From contig NC_092698.1 in the NCBI RefSeq assembly GCF_964275005.1, forward strand, positions 38,728,639 to 38,792,638: 64,000 nucleotides of DNA. Direction: 5' to 3'. Under the pieces are notes generated by a model. The model saw only the letters and a list, made by a program, of their open reading frames with translations, had not been told where the DNA came from and made no database searches. This DNA comes from Diadema setosum. Taxonomy: Eukaryota. Below are positions 13,601 to 27,857 of the stretch, one piece after another. A program made the translations under genes and the position numbers. How positions within the stretch are numbered: position 1 is the stretch's first letter; each line of letters begins with the position of its first letter.

Positions 13601-16600
13601 CCCCATGTATCCTAAATGGGTAATTACGCCATAATCTATGGCGTAATTCCAAAATTCGTTTTCCAGAAGGTACATTCATCCGAAAATGAAATAAGGTTCG
13701 TTATCCCTGAAGTTCAGCCTTCAAAATCTAACCTTATTTCGTTTTCGAATCAGCGAACCTTCAAAAATTAAAGATTTGATGAGTGTTGAGCAGAAATAAG
13801 CAAGTTTCTATTGAATACATATGTCGCATCTGCAAAATCATGTTCATTACAATTTACAATTTGTCAGTAAAGGCTTTTCGTGGAACTAAATTATTTGCAC
13901 TAACAAAATGTTTACGAAGCTGTGGACATTATTTATTTGACCGTTATTGAAATCGACGATACAGACGAGAGTATCAATATGAGTCCAAACATCACGGAGA
14001 CATCGTTATACTCACATGTTCTCCCACGTAGTAGTTGAACAGTCAACTTCATTTAATTTTGACCTGTAGGAGGGTTTACATATCCCACCTAATCGACAAA
14101 CGTCTCTATGAACTCTAGAATGTATATCTCATTCTAATCTTCAAGCGAATGTGCTAGATTTTCATGATATGTGGCACATAACACCTTGCATAAATTAAAG
14201 GGAGTACCAATCTGTTAGTGTATCAGATTTAATGCTCTCCGTTTCATTTTCAAACTTTTATTTCCACTCCAAATTTATAAATGTATGTACATAAATCAAA
14301 ATGATATGTCCAGTATAAAAACAGAAAATTTGGAAAAAAATGCGACATACCAAGAAACTAGAAAAGTGACATCAGAGAGTCTCTCCATACCATCACTGTG
14401 TGTACAGTCTGAAATATATGTTTTATATATATATATAATCATTGTGCAGGTAACAGGTGTTACAGTAACCATGGTAACCATGAAATTGCACACAGTAAAG
14501 AATTACTGTGTGCAACTAGACAAAGAAATAAACAAGACATTCTGAAAAGCAGATAATTAAATAGTCACTGAAAGCGGTTAAGGTATGTTTCTTGAGTGGA
14601 ATTATATTATCATATTGTCTAATTAGAACATAGAATATAGAGAATTGGATAAATGTATAGTTGCTTTGTCAAATACTTCTCTGATGTTTTACGCTTTATG
14701 TTTTCTTATTTGAGACCATTGTTTAGTACTGATGAATTCAAATATATATTTTTTAGGATAAGTAATTCCTGCGCGTCTGTTTTCTACAACTGACTTCTGA
14801 AATCGTGGCACAAGACAAAACACATAAAATCATGTCGGTATGTTGAATCATTCTCCAAGTTGAAAAATAAATCCCAATCAATAGATGCATGGAATTGTAG
14901 CTATGGTTTCCAATATCATCATTCCAGGAGAAATGCTGCGTTTAGGGAAATTTACCTACAGTCATTTCAATACTGCTTTGAGATGCAAAAATATCTTGCG
15001 ATTGGTTGTATCAAATTTCCTCCCGACTCTTTTAGACAACACGCTCATTTACGTGTAACTCAAATCTAAAGTGCCTCAGCTCTGTGCGGGATAATTCAGA
15101 TGGTGAAGCGAAGTTGATGCAGTTTTGCAGTGAAACATGGCAAGAAGACGCCACGTCATTTTCCAGCTCTGCGACTTAACAAGGTTACGACAGGCCACCG
15201 CATACCCTGTCTCTTGTATGGAGTTATATCTAAGGCCAAAAGCGGCACTGAGTTTAGTGCGCTCTCGTGTTCAATTGAACTCGGCCACTATCCTGTCCTC
15301 AATCACCAGCATGCGTTCCGAAACAAAAACAACGAGCGCGTGGTATTTATAGACGGAAATTGTTTCCTCGTCCATAAGTCGATATCAAATTAGGGAAGAT
15401 AAGATGATGAAATAAAACCTTTCCCTGTGGTCCAGATCTTCTCTTGCATCATAATACAATAGTTTGGCTGCAAGAGTTGAAAATGATTTCCCCTCCATCG
15501 ACGGGACGGTGAGCTCAAATGGTCTCTCAGCGCCGCATTCATAATGAGCGTGTTCAAACATGACCACGATGCTACTCTGAAAGGGGTAGAGTTGTGGGAC
15601 CCAGTAATCGAATAATCTTTGACTGTATACAGACGGGTTATATTTCTTGCAGAAGAAGAGAAATTAAAACCGGCATTGAGAATCAGGACTGCTTCTTGCT
15701 CAGCGCCTCTATTTGTTCTGGGAAAATTTGACTGGGCTAATTATCTTTGTCACTTTTGAGACTAACTTTAGTCGTAAAAGTCAATAAAGTCAATAAATAG
15801 GGAAAGGAAAAGAAAAAAAAAAGGAAAAGGGGAAGAAGAAGGAAGGGAGAGAGAGAAAGAAAATCTTTTGAGATCTACCGGTCCACTTTGATGGCTAATA
15901 TTTTGCCTTTCTCTTCCTGTGCCAGTGAGTCAACATATGCACGAATTTCTCACACGAACCTATGGAAAGGAAATAAAGGTTACACACAGAGGGTTAAGGG
16001 ATGTCACCGATGGCTAAGGCAGAGGTTTGTCTTTCTTCCCACTTCAGTCCAGCTCTTTGCAGCTCTTTGCATCCTTCTTGCGTCATTTACAGTCAGAAGA
16101 TCTTTTCTGCCAAAGAATCCTCTTCCAATATAAAGTCGACATGAGGTCAAAATGCCCCATCACTTTTAGAAACGCACAACTAAACCAGTCGTTAAAAGAA
16201 TGTTCAGTACTAATGTCCCCGACATGCCAGCTCTGTGAGGAGAGTCAGATGCATGTCAAAGATTTGAAAGATATATCATCACTCACGTCTTGAAGATGTT
16301 AAGAGGGGCAAACTAGTTCAATAACTAATGCAGTGGTCCTCCACTGATACCCCTTTCCCAAACGCATCTTGATATCACGCATGAGTGGACACGCTACTAA
16401 AAAATTGAGTTCAGAAACCCTAAAAAAAATGCGAACTTTTTTTTTTTTCACGAGCATGACGAGGGCCCGTGAAAAGACGCCCATAATCGTCATTATATTT
16501 TGTACTGCATACTCTCCTCCGAAGATGGCGTGCATGAAGAGGTGACCTTTTGACCGCGCATTGGAAATAATTCTCATTATTTTTAATTTGCATTCACAAA

Positions 16601-16699
16601 CTCCAAGTCCGCGGATCGATTGCAGCGTCGAAGTTGTGTGGGTGTTACTCTGGTCCCACTCCGATTTCACGACCAAATAAAGCGGATACTATCCGCATA

Positions 16700-17310
16700 A
16701 CTGAGTTTATGAAAGAGTAGAGTTCAGTAGAAGAGTCCATCGATATCCCAGCTTGTATTTTCGGATATAGTTCATTTTCCGAATGCTCGTTAATCCGAAA
16801 ACGACATACGGTTCGTTATCCCGAAGGTTCGTAGTTCCGAAGATTCATTAATCCGAAAATGTGATAAGGTTCATATTCCGGTCTTTCGTTAACCGAAAAA
16901 TAAAACAGGGTTTGTCATTCCGAAGGTTCGTTATTCTGAAGGTTCGTTAATCCGAGAACGAGAAAAGGCTCTTAATTCAGAAAGTGTATTAAAACGCATC
17001 TTCTTTCTATTTTCGGATTAACGAACCTTCGGAATGCTTACTTGCTTAATTCGAGTGGTGTTCTCGATCCACAATGGCACTCCAAGTTTGTCTGTCCAGC
17101 ATTGCGGTCATTATCTCGTTGGTGTCTAGACCAGTGTCTACAAAGTTGATCACTGGTCTGCCTGGTTTCCTGCTCCCATGCTTGGGCATCCAGTGTATCA
17201 GTTTGGAAACACACTCATTACTCCTGAAGCAGTGGCCGGCAAAACGAAGCATCCTTATCCTAATCTTCTGGCTTATTTTAGGTATATACCTTCGGAATAC
17301 CGCCACATAA
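16700..17310 (-). mobile_element. LINE (RTE/L2-like) 3' fragment. Reverse-transcriptase C-terminal motif peptide IRMLRFAGHCFRS...KLIHWMPKHGSRKPGRPVINFVDTGLDT...LDRQTWSAIV (17046-17306) followed on the minus strand by a ~20-bp-unit satellite tail (TTCCGAAGGTTCGTTAA)n at 16740-17040.
   Basis: The (W/F)AGH(V/C).R....(L/I).W.P..G.R..GRP...W.D.(V/T)..D......DR..W signature is typical of non-LTR retrotransposon ORF2 C-termini. The truncated ORF has no upstream continuity. Confidence 0.5.
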
Positions 17311-19187
17311 TGTTCTGATTAACGAATCTTTTTTAATTTTTGGCTTAACAAACATCTAGGTATTATGAATTTATGTATTTTGGAATAACAAACCTACCGA
17401 ATAACGAACATATCACCCGTTTTTCACATAAAAGAAGAGTCTGAGTCATAGCACATAGTATGTGTAAAAACTATCAATAAAGCGGTAGTACAAGGACACT
17501 CCCCGTGTGTTTGAAAACAATTTAAGGAGAAGTTATCTTCTCTTTTTCATCTCTATAATGATTCCTTTTTTTTTTGTTATCATGACAAAATGTGCATTGT
17601 TTCTTTTTTTTTATTAGAACATCATTCGTGCATATACTTTTAATTGTGTTTAATGAACTTTCCTTATCAGATGAATGGAAGTCAATTGACAATTTGTACC
17701 GCTTTGAATCATATTTTTGTTTTCTTTGATGGAAATAAATAAACTGTTGAATCGAATTGAAGTTATTATCCTTGCGTGCGTGAGCGCTGACCACTGATTC
17801 ATTCTATGCTTTAATTATTTCAAAGTAGCGACACATTGGTACTAAACAGTTTTTTTTTCTTCTTTCATATACATTTGCAATTTCGTCAAATGATGCCATA
17901 TAGGTAGAATATACTGATCGAAATGATATTTTTTTATATACAATATAGACTTAAAACATAAGTATGACATCAACCGATTGTAAAGAATCTTGTCACATAG
18001 CTTAGCAAATGCGGATAAGATAGAAAAAATGTCTGTAGTTAGGTAGAATACTAGTGTCGCCCCCTTTTTATGAATAGAAACAATCATATAGCTGCAATCT
18101 TCAATTAACATAGGAAATCACTTTGTTCAAATCAATTATTAAAAATGCTACACTGCAGAGGAGTGGCAAGACAATGGAGGGATTTTTTCTTTAATCCTTC
18201 AGAATCAATGTCATCATAACAAACACGTTTTGCTTGCTTTAAACACGATAGCAATCTTAAAGATTTCGACTGGTTTGGGGGTCTTTGAAAAAAAAAACAC
18301 AAGTTCTCTTGGGTAAAAAAAAAACAACAAAAAGCATGCTTAATGACTATAAACTTTGTACTATATAAGCTGTTTTTTTGTGGGGGGGGGGGGGTATGGG
18401 TGCCGTTATACTCTCTCTATATTATATTTTCCATAATAACTATCCATTTTCTTCGAAACAGAATTCAATGTGTTACTCATTTCCTGTTATGCTGAAACTT
18501 GCATAACATGTTCCGTACAAGCGTTGCATTTTAGGTAAAAATATGTAATAAAATAAAGGCGAATAGTTAAGCTATACATGTTTATTATGTAATATTGTGT
18601 TCATGTTAAGAGGGAGTCGGCGGGGCAGAAGACATTGCTAATCAAGCGGCGTATGTGTAACATCACATCACGAAAGACCTGTTGCATATTATATTCCAGA
18701 GTGTCTGTAAGACAGTGCATAGTGCCAGATTAAGAATAATATCACGCTAAACCAGCTGATGTCGGACCGTTATGGAAGCCAAGTATTGCTTATGGGGGAA
18801 AAATAAAGTAATAGAGCGTCGAGTCAACTCCTCTCAACGCTGCACTACACTACATAGAAAGCAGTCTGCCACCTGTGCGAATGAAATACATCTATCTTTC
18901 TAGTTTCTGAAATACGATGACTAATCATTTACAAGACATACCAAAATTCATCATTATTTTTGTTGTCATATTGTAGTTTGAATGGGCTCAACAAAATTAC
19001 ATCTTTTCCGTACACCATCAGTTTTCTTTTTCTTTTCTTATTTTCTTTTTCTTTTTTTGGTACCGCTGGTTATTTTATTTCAACGTTAGGTTTGTTACCT
19101 TGCTTTCATGCGTATTTCCGAGAAGCCTTTGCTATGACGTAAATATCAACTTTAGTTTGATTGGACCGAATCTGCAGAGAGTGACTA

Positions 19188-19290
19188 AGGACAGCAGATA
19201 AGAGGGAGAGACGGGGAGAAAGAGGGAGAGACAGGGAGAGAGAGACAGAGAGAGAGACAGAGAGAGGAGAAGAAGAGAGAGAGGCAGAGT
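19188..19290. repeat. (GA)n / GAGA-rich purine tract in an HDC intron
   Basis: agagggagagacggggagaaagagggagagacagggagagagagacagagagagag... Confidence 0.85.
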
Positions 19291-21220
19291 CAGCGCCTCA
19301 TCGCTGCAATATCATGACGAATATTGTCGTTCGCTTAATGCGTGCAGGGAGACGAGCACTCAACGACCCCCTAATCACGTAGAGGCAGCAATTTCGGTCA
19401 ATCATGATTCACGCTTCCCATATTTCCTCTCCGTTTACAGCCAGTTTTTGCCTATTTCAAACATGGAGTCAATCGTGGCTATTCCATGCTGGCTTAGAGC
19501 AAACATAATAGGATTACAAAGCTCATAGTAGTGCAAAGCGAGGTGACGTCATAAATTAACTTCATATACGACGAGATAGGACAGGGATCATTTTACACAG
19601 TCATTCGGAGAAAAACTACAGACAAAATAATTATTTTATTTCATTTCATGGAAACTACAGTGGGTATGCAGATGTATAACATAATCAATAGATATCTATT
19701 CTGATTCTCATTCCCTTTTTTTTTGTTGATATAGCAAGTTTAACATTCTATATCGTTACTTGAGAATGATTTTGAGGAAATTTCATATTTTGTAATGTCC
19801 AAATATTTTGATTATAGAAGTTAAAGAAGGTATATAATAAGTACACATGTTGAGGTGATATAACTGTAAATCATGATTTATAAAATTGACAAGAGTAAAT
19901 GTTTACGTAATCATAGTGTAAATTAGCGTCATAACGGATTCCTTTTACAGCAGAATATGAGAAAACGATGAATTTGTGGTGTGGTGCAACATAAATTGTT
20001 GTTGTTTTTTTGTAGGGGGCCTGTACATATTCAATCTAATGCACATTTGAAACAAAATGATGATGCAGAAGGTATTTCTTACATTCTAAAATGAGATATC
20101 ATAGCACACACCACAACCTCAATGATATTTCATTAGAATATCATTCATAAAATCTTAAGCACAAAGCAGTAAAGCTTCCTGATAATATGAATTAACGTGT
20201 AACACATTTCTTTTCATCACTTTTTGGTATCAAGTTTGAATGTATGAAACATCAGTTTTGTCCGTTCTTTTCTTTTGCTACTCAAACGTTGCTGTGAAGA
20301 CGATTGAATGGAAAATTGACAATTTTTCAATTGAAATATTGTTTGAATGGTAAGAACGGCCCGCATGCAGTTTTTATCTTTTCTTAGATGTAAAAAAGGT
20401 AATAAATGACTTGAAATTATTAACTTAATTGCATATAAATGCTTATGCACCGCACACACGATTTTTTTTCTGATTTTTTTTTTTACTTCCTTCAAAAAAC
20501 TGATGCAACAAATCAAATAAAGATCCTGTTATTACAATTGCATCTTCTGCAGTATAACTTCATTTCATTGCATTTTCTACAGTATGATGTTATAAAGCAA
20601 ATTTGTACTGTACAAACAAAAACAAAAACCCAAACCATGAAACATACTTCACTGGGGATTTACGAGAAAAAGGAAAGAAGAAAACAAAAGAAAATCCGCA
20701 ATGACTTAATCTATATACCCTCCCCCAATCCCTGAGAAACACATACACCCACATACACTTACTTTACCTCCGAATATCCCTCGTTATGTTACAAGTCAGA
20801 TATTACTAGAAAGGTTTAATTTTGCTCTATCTGATGATGGACTTACGCTTAGCTCATTCTTTGCAATAAAAAATAAAAAATAGTATTCCACCAAGCTCCA
20901 CAACTATCTGTAATCAGTTTAATGACGATGTTTTCAAACACATTACATAAATTTCTAATTCTTATGACTTGTATGAGGTGTTGTTCAGCCGCCGGTCATT
21001 TATTTCTGAGAGACACGTTTGGGAGAAATTTGATTACTTTTGTGATGTTGCAGAGCCTGCGTTTTATTGTAAATTGATCATCAGTGTCTTCATTGTTTCT
21101 GTCATCTGTGTATTCATGTTCATGGTATTGCGAACCACTGTGAATATTTTGAGTGTTGCAATTCAAGAGACCCTTATTATTATGATGCAACACTAGCACA
21201 AATTTCTTTGCTCCCTACAG

Positions 21221-21291
21221 CGGACCTAATCGGATTGCCCAGCATCTTTACACATCGTGATACATCTGGACCGGGAGGGGGCGTCATTCAG
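21221..21291 (+). CDS. HDC: HDC exon: (A)DLIGLPSIFTHRDTSGPGGGVIQ
   Basis: Acceptor is ctccctacAG and the donor is CAG|GTACAG. It completes the split codon left by the previous exon. The GGGVIQ motif is conserved. It follows a ~9.4-kb intron. Confidence 0.8.
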
Positions 21292-23000
21292 GTACAGATA
21301 TTCAATTATTTTGTCTTCAAAGCCATTGGTTTTCACCTGGGAAAGAAGTAGTTCAATGTTAGCATTTTAAAGACTGGTGAAGGGTTGGACGCTATGCTGT
21401 TTGACTCTTCAACAGATGTAGCCTCAACACTGATAACATAATATTCTACAAGAAGTCTTCAAGTTTTTGAAATATCTCATTTACCAATGTTATGTTTCAA
21501 TTTATTAGAAATAAACGCAATGTTTTCTAGTTTGAAGCATTCTTTTTGTAAGAGAGTCTCAGGCACACGTCAGTTTTCGTCACTCTACAGCGTGCGCATC
21601 GCTGACGTCATAGTACATGACGATGTTCCCTCTCAGCTATCGCATTCCCCAAATCAGCTGCCGCTCTTGCTTGTATCCATTCAATAAATTGAGTCAAGGC
21701 ACGACAATGCGACAGGATGAGGCAAGAGAGAGAGAAAAAAGCCTTTTACCCCATACAACCATCCTCTAGCGGAAATTAACTGCCGAAAGAAACAGTATAT
21801 AAATACCTTGATATCTTGGCTGGCGCGATTTGTTCATTTAGCCGTGGGAATAGGATAGAAGTGTATTGCAACGGTTAAAGCCGCGGAGTATAAGAAAGAG
21901 TGGGTTAATCTGAAGCAAGGTGTTTCTACGAGGGTATTCGCTTGTGTAATTCCACCAGCTGATTCTCCGGACATGGAAAGGGCGGCTTGCCCGCAGGCGT
22001 ACGGGAATGACGCGGCTGCGCACGGTCGATATGTTTAGTGCGGCTCCGCTGGAATCGCTCCCTCTATAAATTCAACAATAGTCTTCTCTCATTTTGTCAA
22101 AATTATATGATGAAATAGATGATGGATACAGCACAAATGTTTCGATGTATGCACAGAAAAAAGCAACACGCAGAAAAGTCCATTATCATAAGTGTCCGTG
22201 GGATGTGCATGTATACCCCCACCGATCGAATAAGCGAATATCCTGGCAAGATACATGTCATGACCCATTGTCATCGTTGTATCGGAATGTTGTTTTCTCT
22301 TCTCATGTCAAAATGAGATCTTCTTACATGAACATTCGGAGCTATATAGATTGGTTGAAATCTTCTCCGTATTTCTTTCTTAGACCTATAAACCCATCCA
22401 TAACTTTCTAGAGTCATCTCTCAAGCTAAATAGACGAATCAGGTAACAGCAACACAGAATTCAAAAGGACATAATAATTCTTCTCGTGTTGTACATATAG
22501 CACTCTGCTCTCAAAATATTGAAACCCCTGATTTCTTTTTTTCCTTTTTGCACATTTTCAATCCAGATCGTTTTCAATGAACACAGAACTTAAACCATTC
22601 AAACGTAGACTAAGCAGCTATTGGAAAACACCAAGATTTGATACTATAGGAGGGCAAGTGCCGTGCCAGCTATACACGGTTAACAAAAACCTGTAATACA
22701 TGCAATATCAGTGCCTAGTGAAAGGGTGCGTACCACTTAATCTTGTTTTATACACGCTGAATATTCACAAGGCACCGCATCAATAAACCCTGCATAATAT
22801 GATAATTGCAATATTTTCGACGGTTAGTTAGAAAATGTATAGTGATGGAAGAAACATTATTATGAATGGATTGTGGGGAAGGAGTAGCTTAATTGCCTCA
22901 GAATCGGAACTTGTCAATAATATTTCAAGTATATACAGCTTTATGTAGGCCTACTGTATCATTGAAAGACGGTGAATGATGTTTTGCGCATTTTTCCCAG

Positions 23001-23141
23001 GGCACAATGAGCGAAGCAACACTTGTGTCCATGTTTGCTGCTAGACGAGAAGCGATTACACGGCTTCAAACCCGCCAAGAATACCAAGACATGGAAGAGG
23101 CAGTAATATGCTCCAAGCTAGTTGCTTACTGCACCGATCAG
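23001..23141 (+). CDS. HDC: HDC exon: GTMSEATLVSMFAARREAITRLQTRQEYQDMEEAVICSKLVAYCTDQ
   Basis: Acceptor is tttttcccAG and the donor is CAG|GTAGGA. It matches fly TTASEATLVCLLAGR...ARLVAYCSDQ. Confidence 0.88.
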
Positions 23142-24289
23142 GTAGGATTCGAGACTTTTTCCTTTTTCGTTTGTAGTCCCTGAGAGTTTTATTTCATTAT
23201 ATGCCTCCTTCAGGAGTATAATGAGAAATGTTCCTTTATGCTGTATGTATATGTACATATTTCATGTATATATATACGACATGAATACATAGATTTTGTG
23301 TGTACATCCAGGTACTTGCCTACAATATATGATTTTGTGTGTGCGTGTGTGGAGACAGAGATTTAGAGTGAGGGGAAGAGAGATGTCTAGAGAGAAGATG
23401 TAATTCAAGTCAATTTAATCATTATTTATCACTTTTGTCCCTTTTGTAATCATTGGTGGACGATGTTATCGGTACAATGTACCTGTTTCTACTTCCCACC
23501 ATTTAGTTTCAATCGCATTTTAGGCGATTGGTTATTAAAGTTTGTCAGAGATAGTTATATCGCATATCGTTTTCCTCCCATCTTCATCTTCTTCAGTAGT
23601 ATTCCTGACCCTGAATTTCCTGCATGGCCAGTTCAGTTTTCGTTGCCGAGCTTTATCATATTGCAGTTATTTTTCAACTGTTACATTAATCGTCACAACA
23701 TACCATGGAATGTGAGAGTATGTTGAAAAGTATACGCGTGTACACTGGAAATGTGTTTATGTTACTTTATAAACGAATTGAATCGTGCATCTTTCTTGTA
23801 ATAGTGTTTTCGACTATTATTCCTCAGCTACCTATGTTCTTTTGGGTTTTGTTTTGTTTTTGCTTCGGGCTTTTGTCTTGTGTTTTGTTTTGTAATTTGC
23901 TGTAATATATAGGTGAGTACTTCTTTATCAAATTATGCGAATTATGCAAATTATGCGGTCTTCTTCCAGCATCAATGATTTAACGGGACGTGTAATCAAA
24001 CAGGCTCTTTTTTTTTTGTCACCCAGTTCATACTTCTTGTTTTTTTTTTTCGGTACCCCAACATTTCCTGTCATTTGTCGTTGGTATTAGGTTAGAGTAA
24101 ATATTATCATTTTGTAGTGTATTTGTTATTTTGATGTATCTTCGTAGGATAAATATTAAATTAAATGAAAAAGGATGATCCAACATGTTAAAGATATTGT
24201 GGATATGGTATGCTCTTTGAAATTAAGAGTCCTGTTTCATATGTATTTGATGCATTCTTAAATAAGTTGTGTCCTTCCCACTACCGCAG

Positions 24290-24433
24290 GCTCACTCCTC
24301 TCTAGAGAAGAACGCAGTATTGGCGATGGTCAAACTCCGCCACGTTCCCTCGGACCAAAAACTCAGTCTGCGCGGTGAAGCGTTACGTGCTGCAATCTCA
24401 CAGGATCGAGAGCATGGACTCATTCCCTTCTAT
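24290..24433 (+). CDS. HDC: HDC exon: AHSSLEKNAVLAMVKLRHVPSDQKLSLRGEALRAAISQDREHGLIPFY
   Basis: Acceptor is ctaccgcAG and the donor is TAT|GTGAGT. It matches AHSSVEKAGLI...RGEAL..AIE.D...GL(I/V)PF. Confidence 0.88.
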
Positions 24434-25197
24434 GTGAGTCCACAAGGCCTTGTCACTACATTGCACTTTGCCTTTTTTCCCTTCTCATTCTAATTTTAAC
24501 ATTAAGGCTCAGCAGAGCTTTAATTACAATTGACAAGATACCAAGGCCTCTGACGTCATCTGTGCAGAAAACAACACCGACAACAACACATTTCTCTCTA
24601 TGTATTTAAATGTGGTATTTGGGGTTAATGTTATTCAAGTCTTATAATGAGGTTAATGTGCGTACAACATTCAGAAGTGCATAACTAAATTCTGAATGGA
24701 TAATCTTGAAGGTAAGCAGGAACAATTTCCATCCGAGTAATAGCTCATCAATTAATTAAAGCAGATGCAGACGCGTAAGAATTGAAAATTGAAAATTTAT
24801 CATTTTTTTAGCCGTAAAAATGGCAGGGTACAGTCACATTATGTTGTGCCTGCACTTATTGTCAGAGACGTCAGTCCGTACTGTGAACTGTGCTCCCATT
24901 TCACCTGATTTGAAAGTAGACGTCGTTTAGGTTAATAAGCATGAATCTGGGATGGGTGAGGCACCCTCCTTAGCCTAACCTAACAGACAAGATGATATTC
25001 ACACGAGTAACATAGATTGGCCTAAATTGATTGTAAGTCCTACGTTTGAGATGATGCCTGACATTGCACGTGTGTCATTATTCGTTATTTGTATCCCATT
25101 CTAGTGTGGTGGTCATAGTGAAGGTTAACTGAGAGGCTTGTAAGGTACATTGATTGGCGATGTCCAAACCACTTTGGATGCACTCTTTCTCCCCTAG

Positions 25198-25264
25198 GTC
25201 TGCGCCACGCTGGGTACAACAGGTGCGTGTGCATTCGACAACCTGGAAGAACTTGGGGCAGTCT
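25198..25264 (+). CDS. HDC: HDC exon: [22 protein letters not shown](+1 nt)
   Basis: Acceptor is ctcccctAG and the donor is GTC T|GTGAGT (phase 1). The human equivalent is [22 protein letters not shown]. Confidence 0.88.
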
Positions 25265-25745
25265 GTGAGTATTCGTCTTGAACAATCTTTCTATACTTTC
25301 CACTTTTAACATGCCTTACTGGATGCATTTTCACTTTCATTTTCACTTGCATTTTTTTTTTGTCACTTGTTCATACCAGTATATATTATTTACTTTAAAA
25401 ACAGTGTGTCAGGTAGAGTATATCTAAGAAGATATTTTACAGTACTGTTCTTGAAGGAATTGTGTGACTGACAGAGATGTTGTTATAATGTACACTTTAA
25501 TTTGTAGTAAAAACTGGAAAATTGAATTAATGAAATTTAATCTTAGCTGGAAAAGAGATTGCATCACGAAACAAGTAATTTGACTTTTGGCAATGTGTCA
25601 GCAGTCACCCATCTTTATTGTAATTTTGTTGTTGTTGCTAGTGGTTGCTTACGCACACTGTGGTAGTCATTGATCCACTGTCTCCAGAAAGAGTTGTGTC
25701 CCTTACTTTAATGAACAAGATAGTGTTAGTATGATTTTCCTCATC

Positions 25746-25748
<3 letters not shown>

Positions 25749-25789
<41 letters not shown>
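25749..25789. repeat. (TA)n microsatellite
   Basis: tatatata run. Confidence 0.9.
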
Positions 25790-25790
<1 letters not shown>

Positions 25791-26329
25791 GGAAACTTAC
25801 GTGCTAAAACATTTAAGTATGTGCTCCTTTTACTTCTCCCTGACCCGGCCTCTTACAACGCCTGTGGCTCATACTCCGCTCCCCACCCCATATCTCATCA
25901 CTCTCTTTACTGATCGTCTTTCATTACTTGGCTTGCTTCCCGAAGAGGAAGGTTGTGAACTTGTGAACTTTTCACCGTACAGATGATTTGGCAAACTCCC
26001 CAGTAATGACTGAACTGAACTGAACAGAAGCAACCATGTTTCAATTATAATCATTTCATTATTGCCTGTTACTTTGAGCAATTACAGAGAACATTAGCTG
26101 CCGAAATGTTCCTCCGTGTGTTCCGATGTTAGTAGTTGGAATATATTAATATGTGATGATATATTAATATATGAATATAGGACGCACTTGTAAAACTGAG
26201 CTTAAAACATCTACATGTATGTACGAAACAGTACGAAAGGTTAGGGATAGAGCGTCTATAACTACAGTACAGGCAATTTCATAAAAATGTCAGTAATAGG
26301 TTCTAGTCACACATAAACGAATGCCAGTC

Positions 26330-27150
26330 GCCAACCATTCTACGACGTCTGAAATCACTGGTTGGGAGTTTGCTGTTACACGTCGCATTTTTATTTATCT
26401 ATCTATTTCATTTTTTTTTTTATTAGCAAATGGTTGTCAGCGGTCTGTCGGCGACCAGTTTTTGTCGGCTAGATGTTTTCTAGGTTGCATCAAAAACGTT
26501 TGGTCAACAAAAGTTATTATGGTTGTTTTAAAAGGGTCGGCAACCGGTTGCCGACTGGTCTGCTGGTTGCTAACGACTGGTCTGCTGGTTGCTAACGACT
26601 GGTCTGCAGTGATTTCTATTCCTTGTCATGAAGAGTTTTGGTCAGGAACCAGTTGCCGACCAATTGCCGATCAAATAGAATAATCGCCGACCATTCGCCA
26701 AGTGGTTGCCAACCAGATTACATGTATAATAATCGCTTTTGAAAACCTTTTTTTTTTTCTTCTGTAACAGTGTCTGCATCCATGTGCATTGACGTGTCCA
26801 CACATTTTGTTATCATGCATTAATGTTGCCGAGTCGCAAACGGAAATCAGCAACCAATCGGCTTCCAATTTCTAGTGGTCTTCATTAACTTGCCAAACCA
26901 TTTGCCGACCAGTTGCAGACCATTTGCAGATATTTCTTTGAGCATTTGCATATTTATCTTCATTTTTGGTTCGCAAAACGCTCGCAAAGTGCTCTCAAAC
27001 CGGCCGTCAAATGATTCGCAAATGGTTGGCAGTTGTGGACAACCGAATGTCAGCAAAGAGTCCCCAATAAAAAACTTTGAGGGTTTGGTCGCCGATTGGT
27101 TGTCGAAGGTTGGCAGAAATTTTTGATTGCTAGAGGTCGGCGACCAGTCC
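26330..27150. repeat. Cluster of degenerate GTTGCCGAC / GTCGGCAAC-type motifs including a perfect 16-bp palindrome CGGCAACCGGTTGCCG, in the HDC intron between the exons at 25264 and 27858.
   Basis: More than 12 occurrences of (T/G)(T/C)GCCGACC / GGTCGGCGAC / TTGCCAACC within ~800 bp. One direct repeat is ctggtctgctggttgctaacga ×2 (26552-26595). Confidence 0.7.
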
Positions 27151-27857
27151 TCGCGAATGTGTGAGATAAGGCTCTTATCTGTGCATAAGTGCAGTTAACT
27201 TGTTACCATGCACCATCAAAATACTCAGTGAGCTTTGACAGGTACTCTAAACGCTTTGCTTGTAAGGCTAAAGTATCACTTAGGGTGGGTCATTATCATT
27301 TTTTCTTTGTCTTTCTCAATTTGGATCCCGCTTGTCAGGTATATCTAACTCAATTCTAAAAGAATTTCGTTTTTTCCCCATTCCCATTGCACTTGCTGCG
27401 TTGTTGCGTTGTCCCTGCACGTTGAGGTTCGGTCGAAAGTGTGAGATGTGTGAGTATATGGACAGTGCCGAATATCTATAGATTTATATTTGGTTGTGTG
27501 GTGTTCAAAGTTAGTAATCATCATTTGGTCTAATAGTCAGATATTAAAAAAAAAAAACAAACAAACAAACATTGAATATCATATGCGAAGAATTAAATCA
27601 GAAATGGGGTTTTCGCTGAGTTTTCGGATGTTGCCGAACAACTGCAAAGGAAACCCGGAATATGAACAAAACCCAATGTGAACGCTCCTATTTTGACTAA
27701 AGTAAACAGAGGTCTGTCATTTCATTGGACACAACACGCGGAAGTAGAATAGTTCCACTTCTCGAAATTATCCTGGAAACACTGCCTCCTTTTCTGTATC
27801 TACTACTACTTTGTCCTATTTGACATGTCAATTTCCATGCATCCACTTTCTATTTAG

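Noticed and set aside
13160-13675. Several overlapping 89-118-aa ORFs on both strands
   Set aside because: They span a (TG)n / TGTGTGCG microsatellite and a SINE copy, and are low-complexity translation (CVCVC, HTHTHT) with no homology.
16299-16676. 125-aa minus-strand ORF
   Set aside because: It has no recognisable domain, no splice context, and lies next to LINE debris. It is most likely a chance ORF.
26321-26683. 120-aa plus-strand ORF
   Set aside because: It lies entirely within the GTTGCCGAC repeat cluster, and its open frame is a consequence of the repeat composition.
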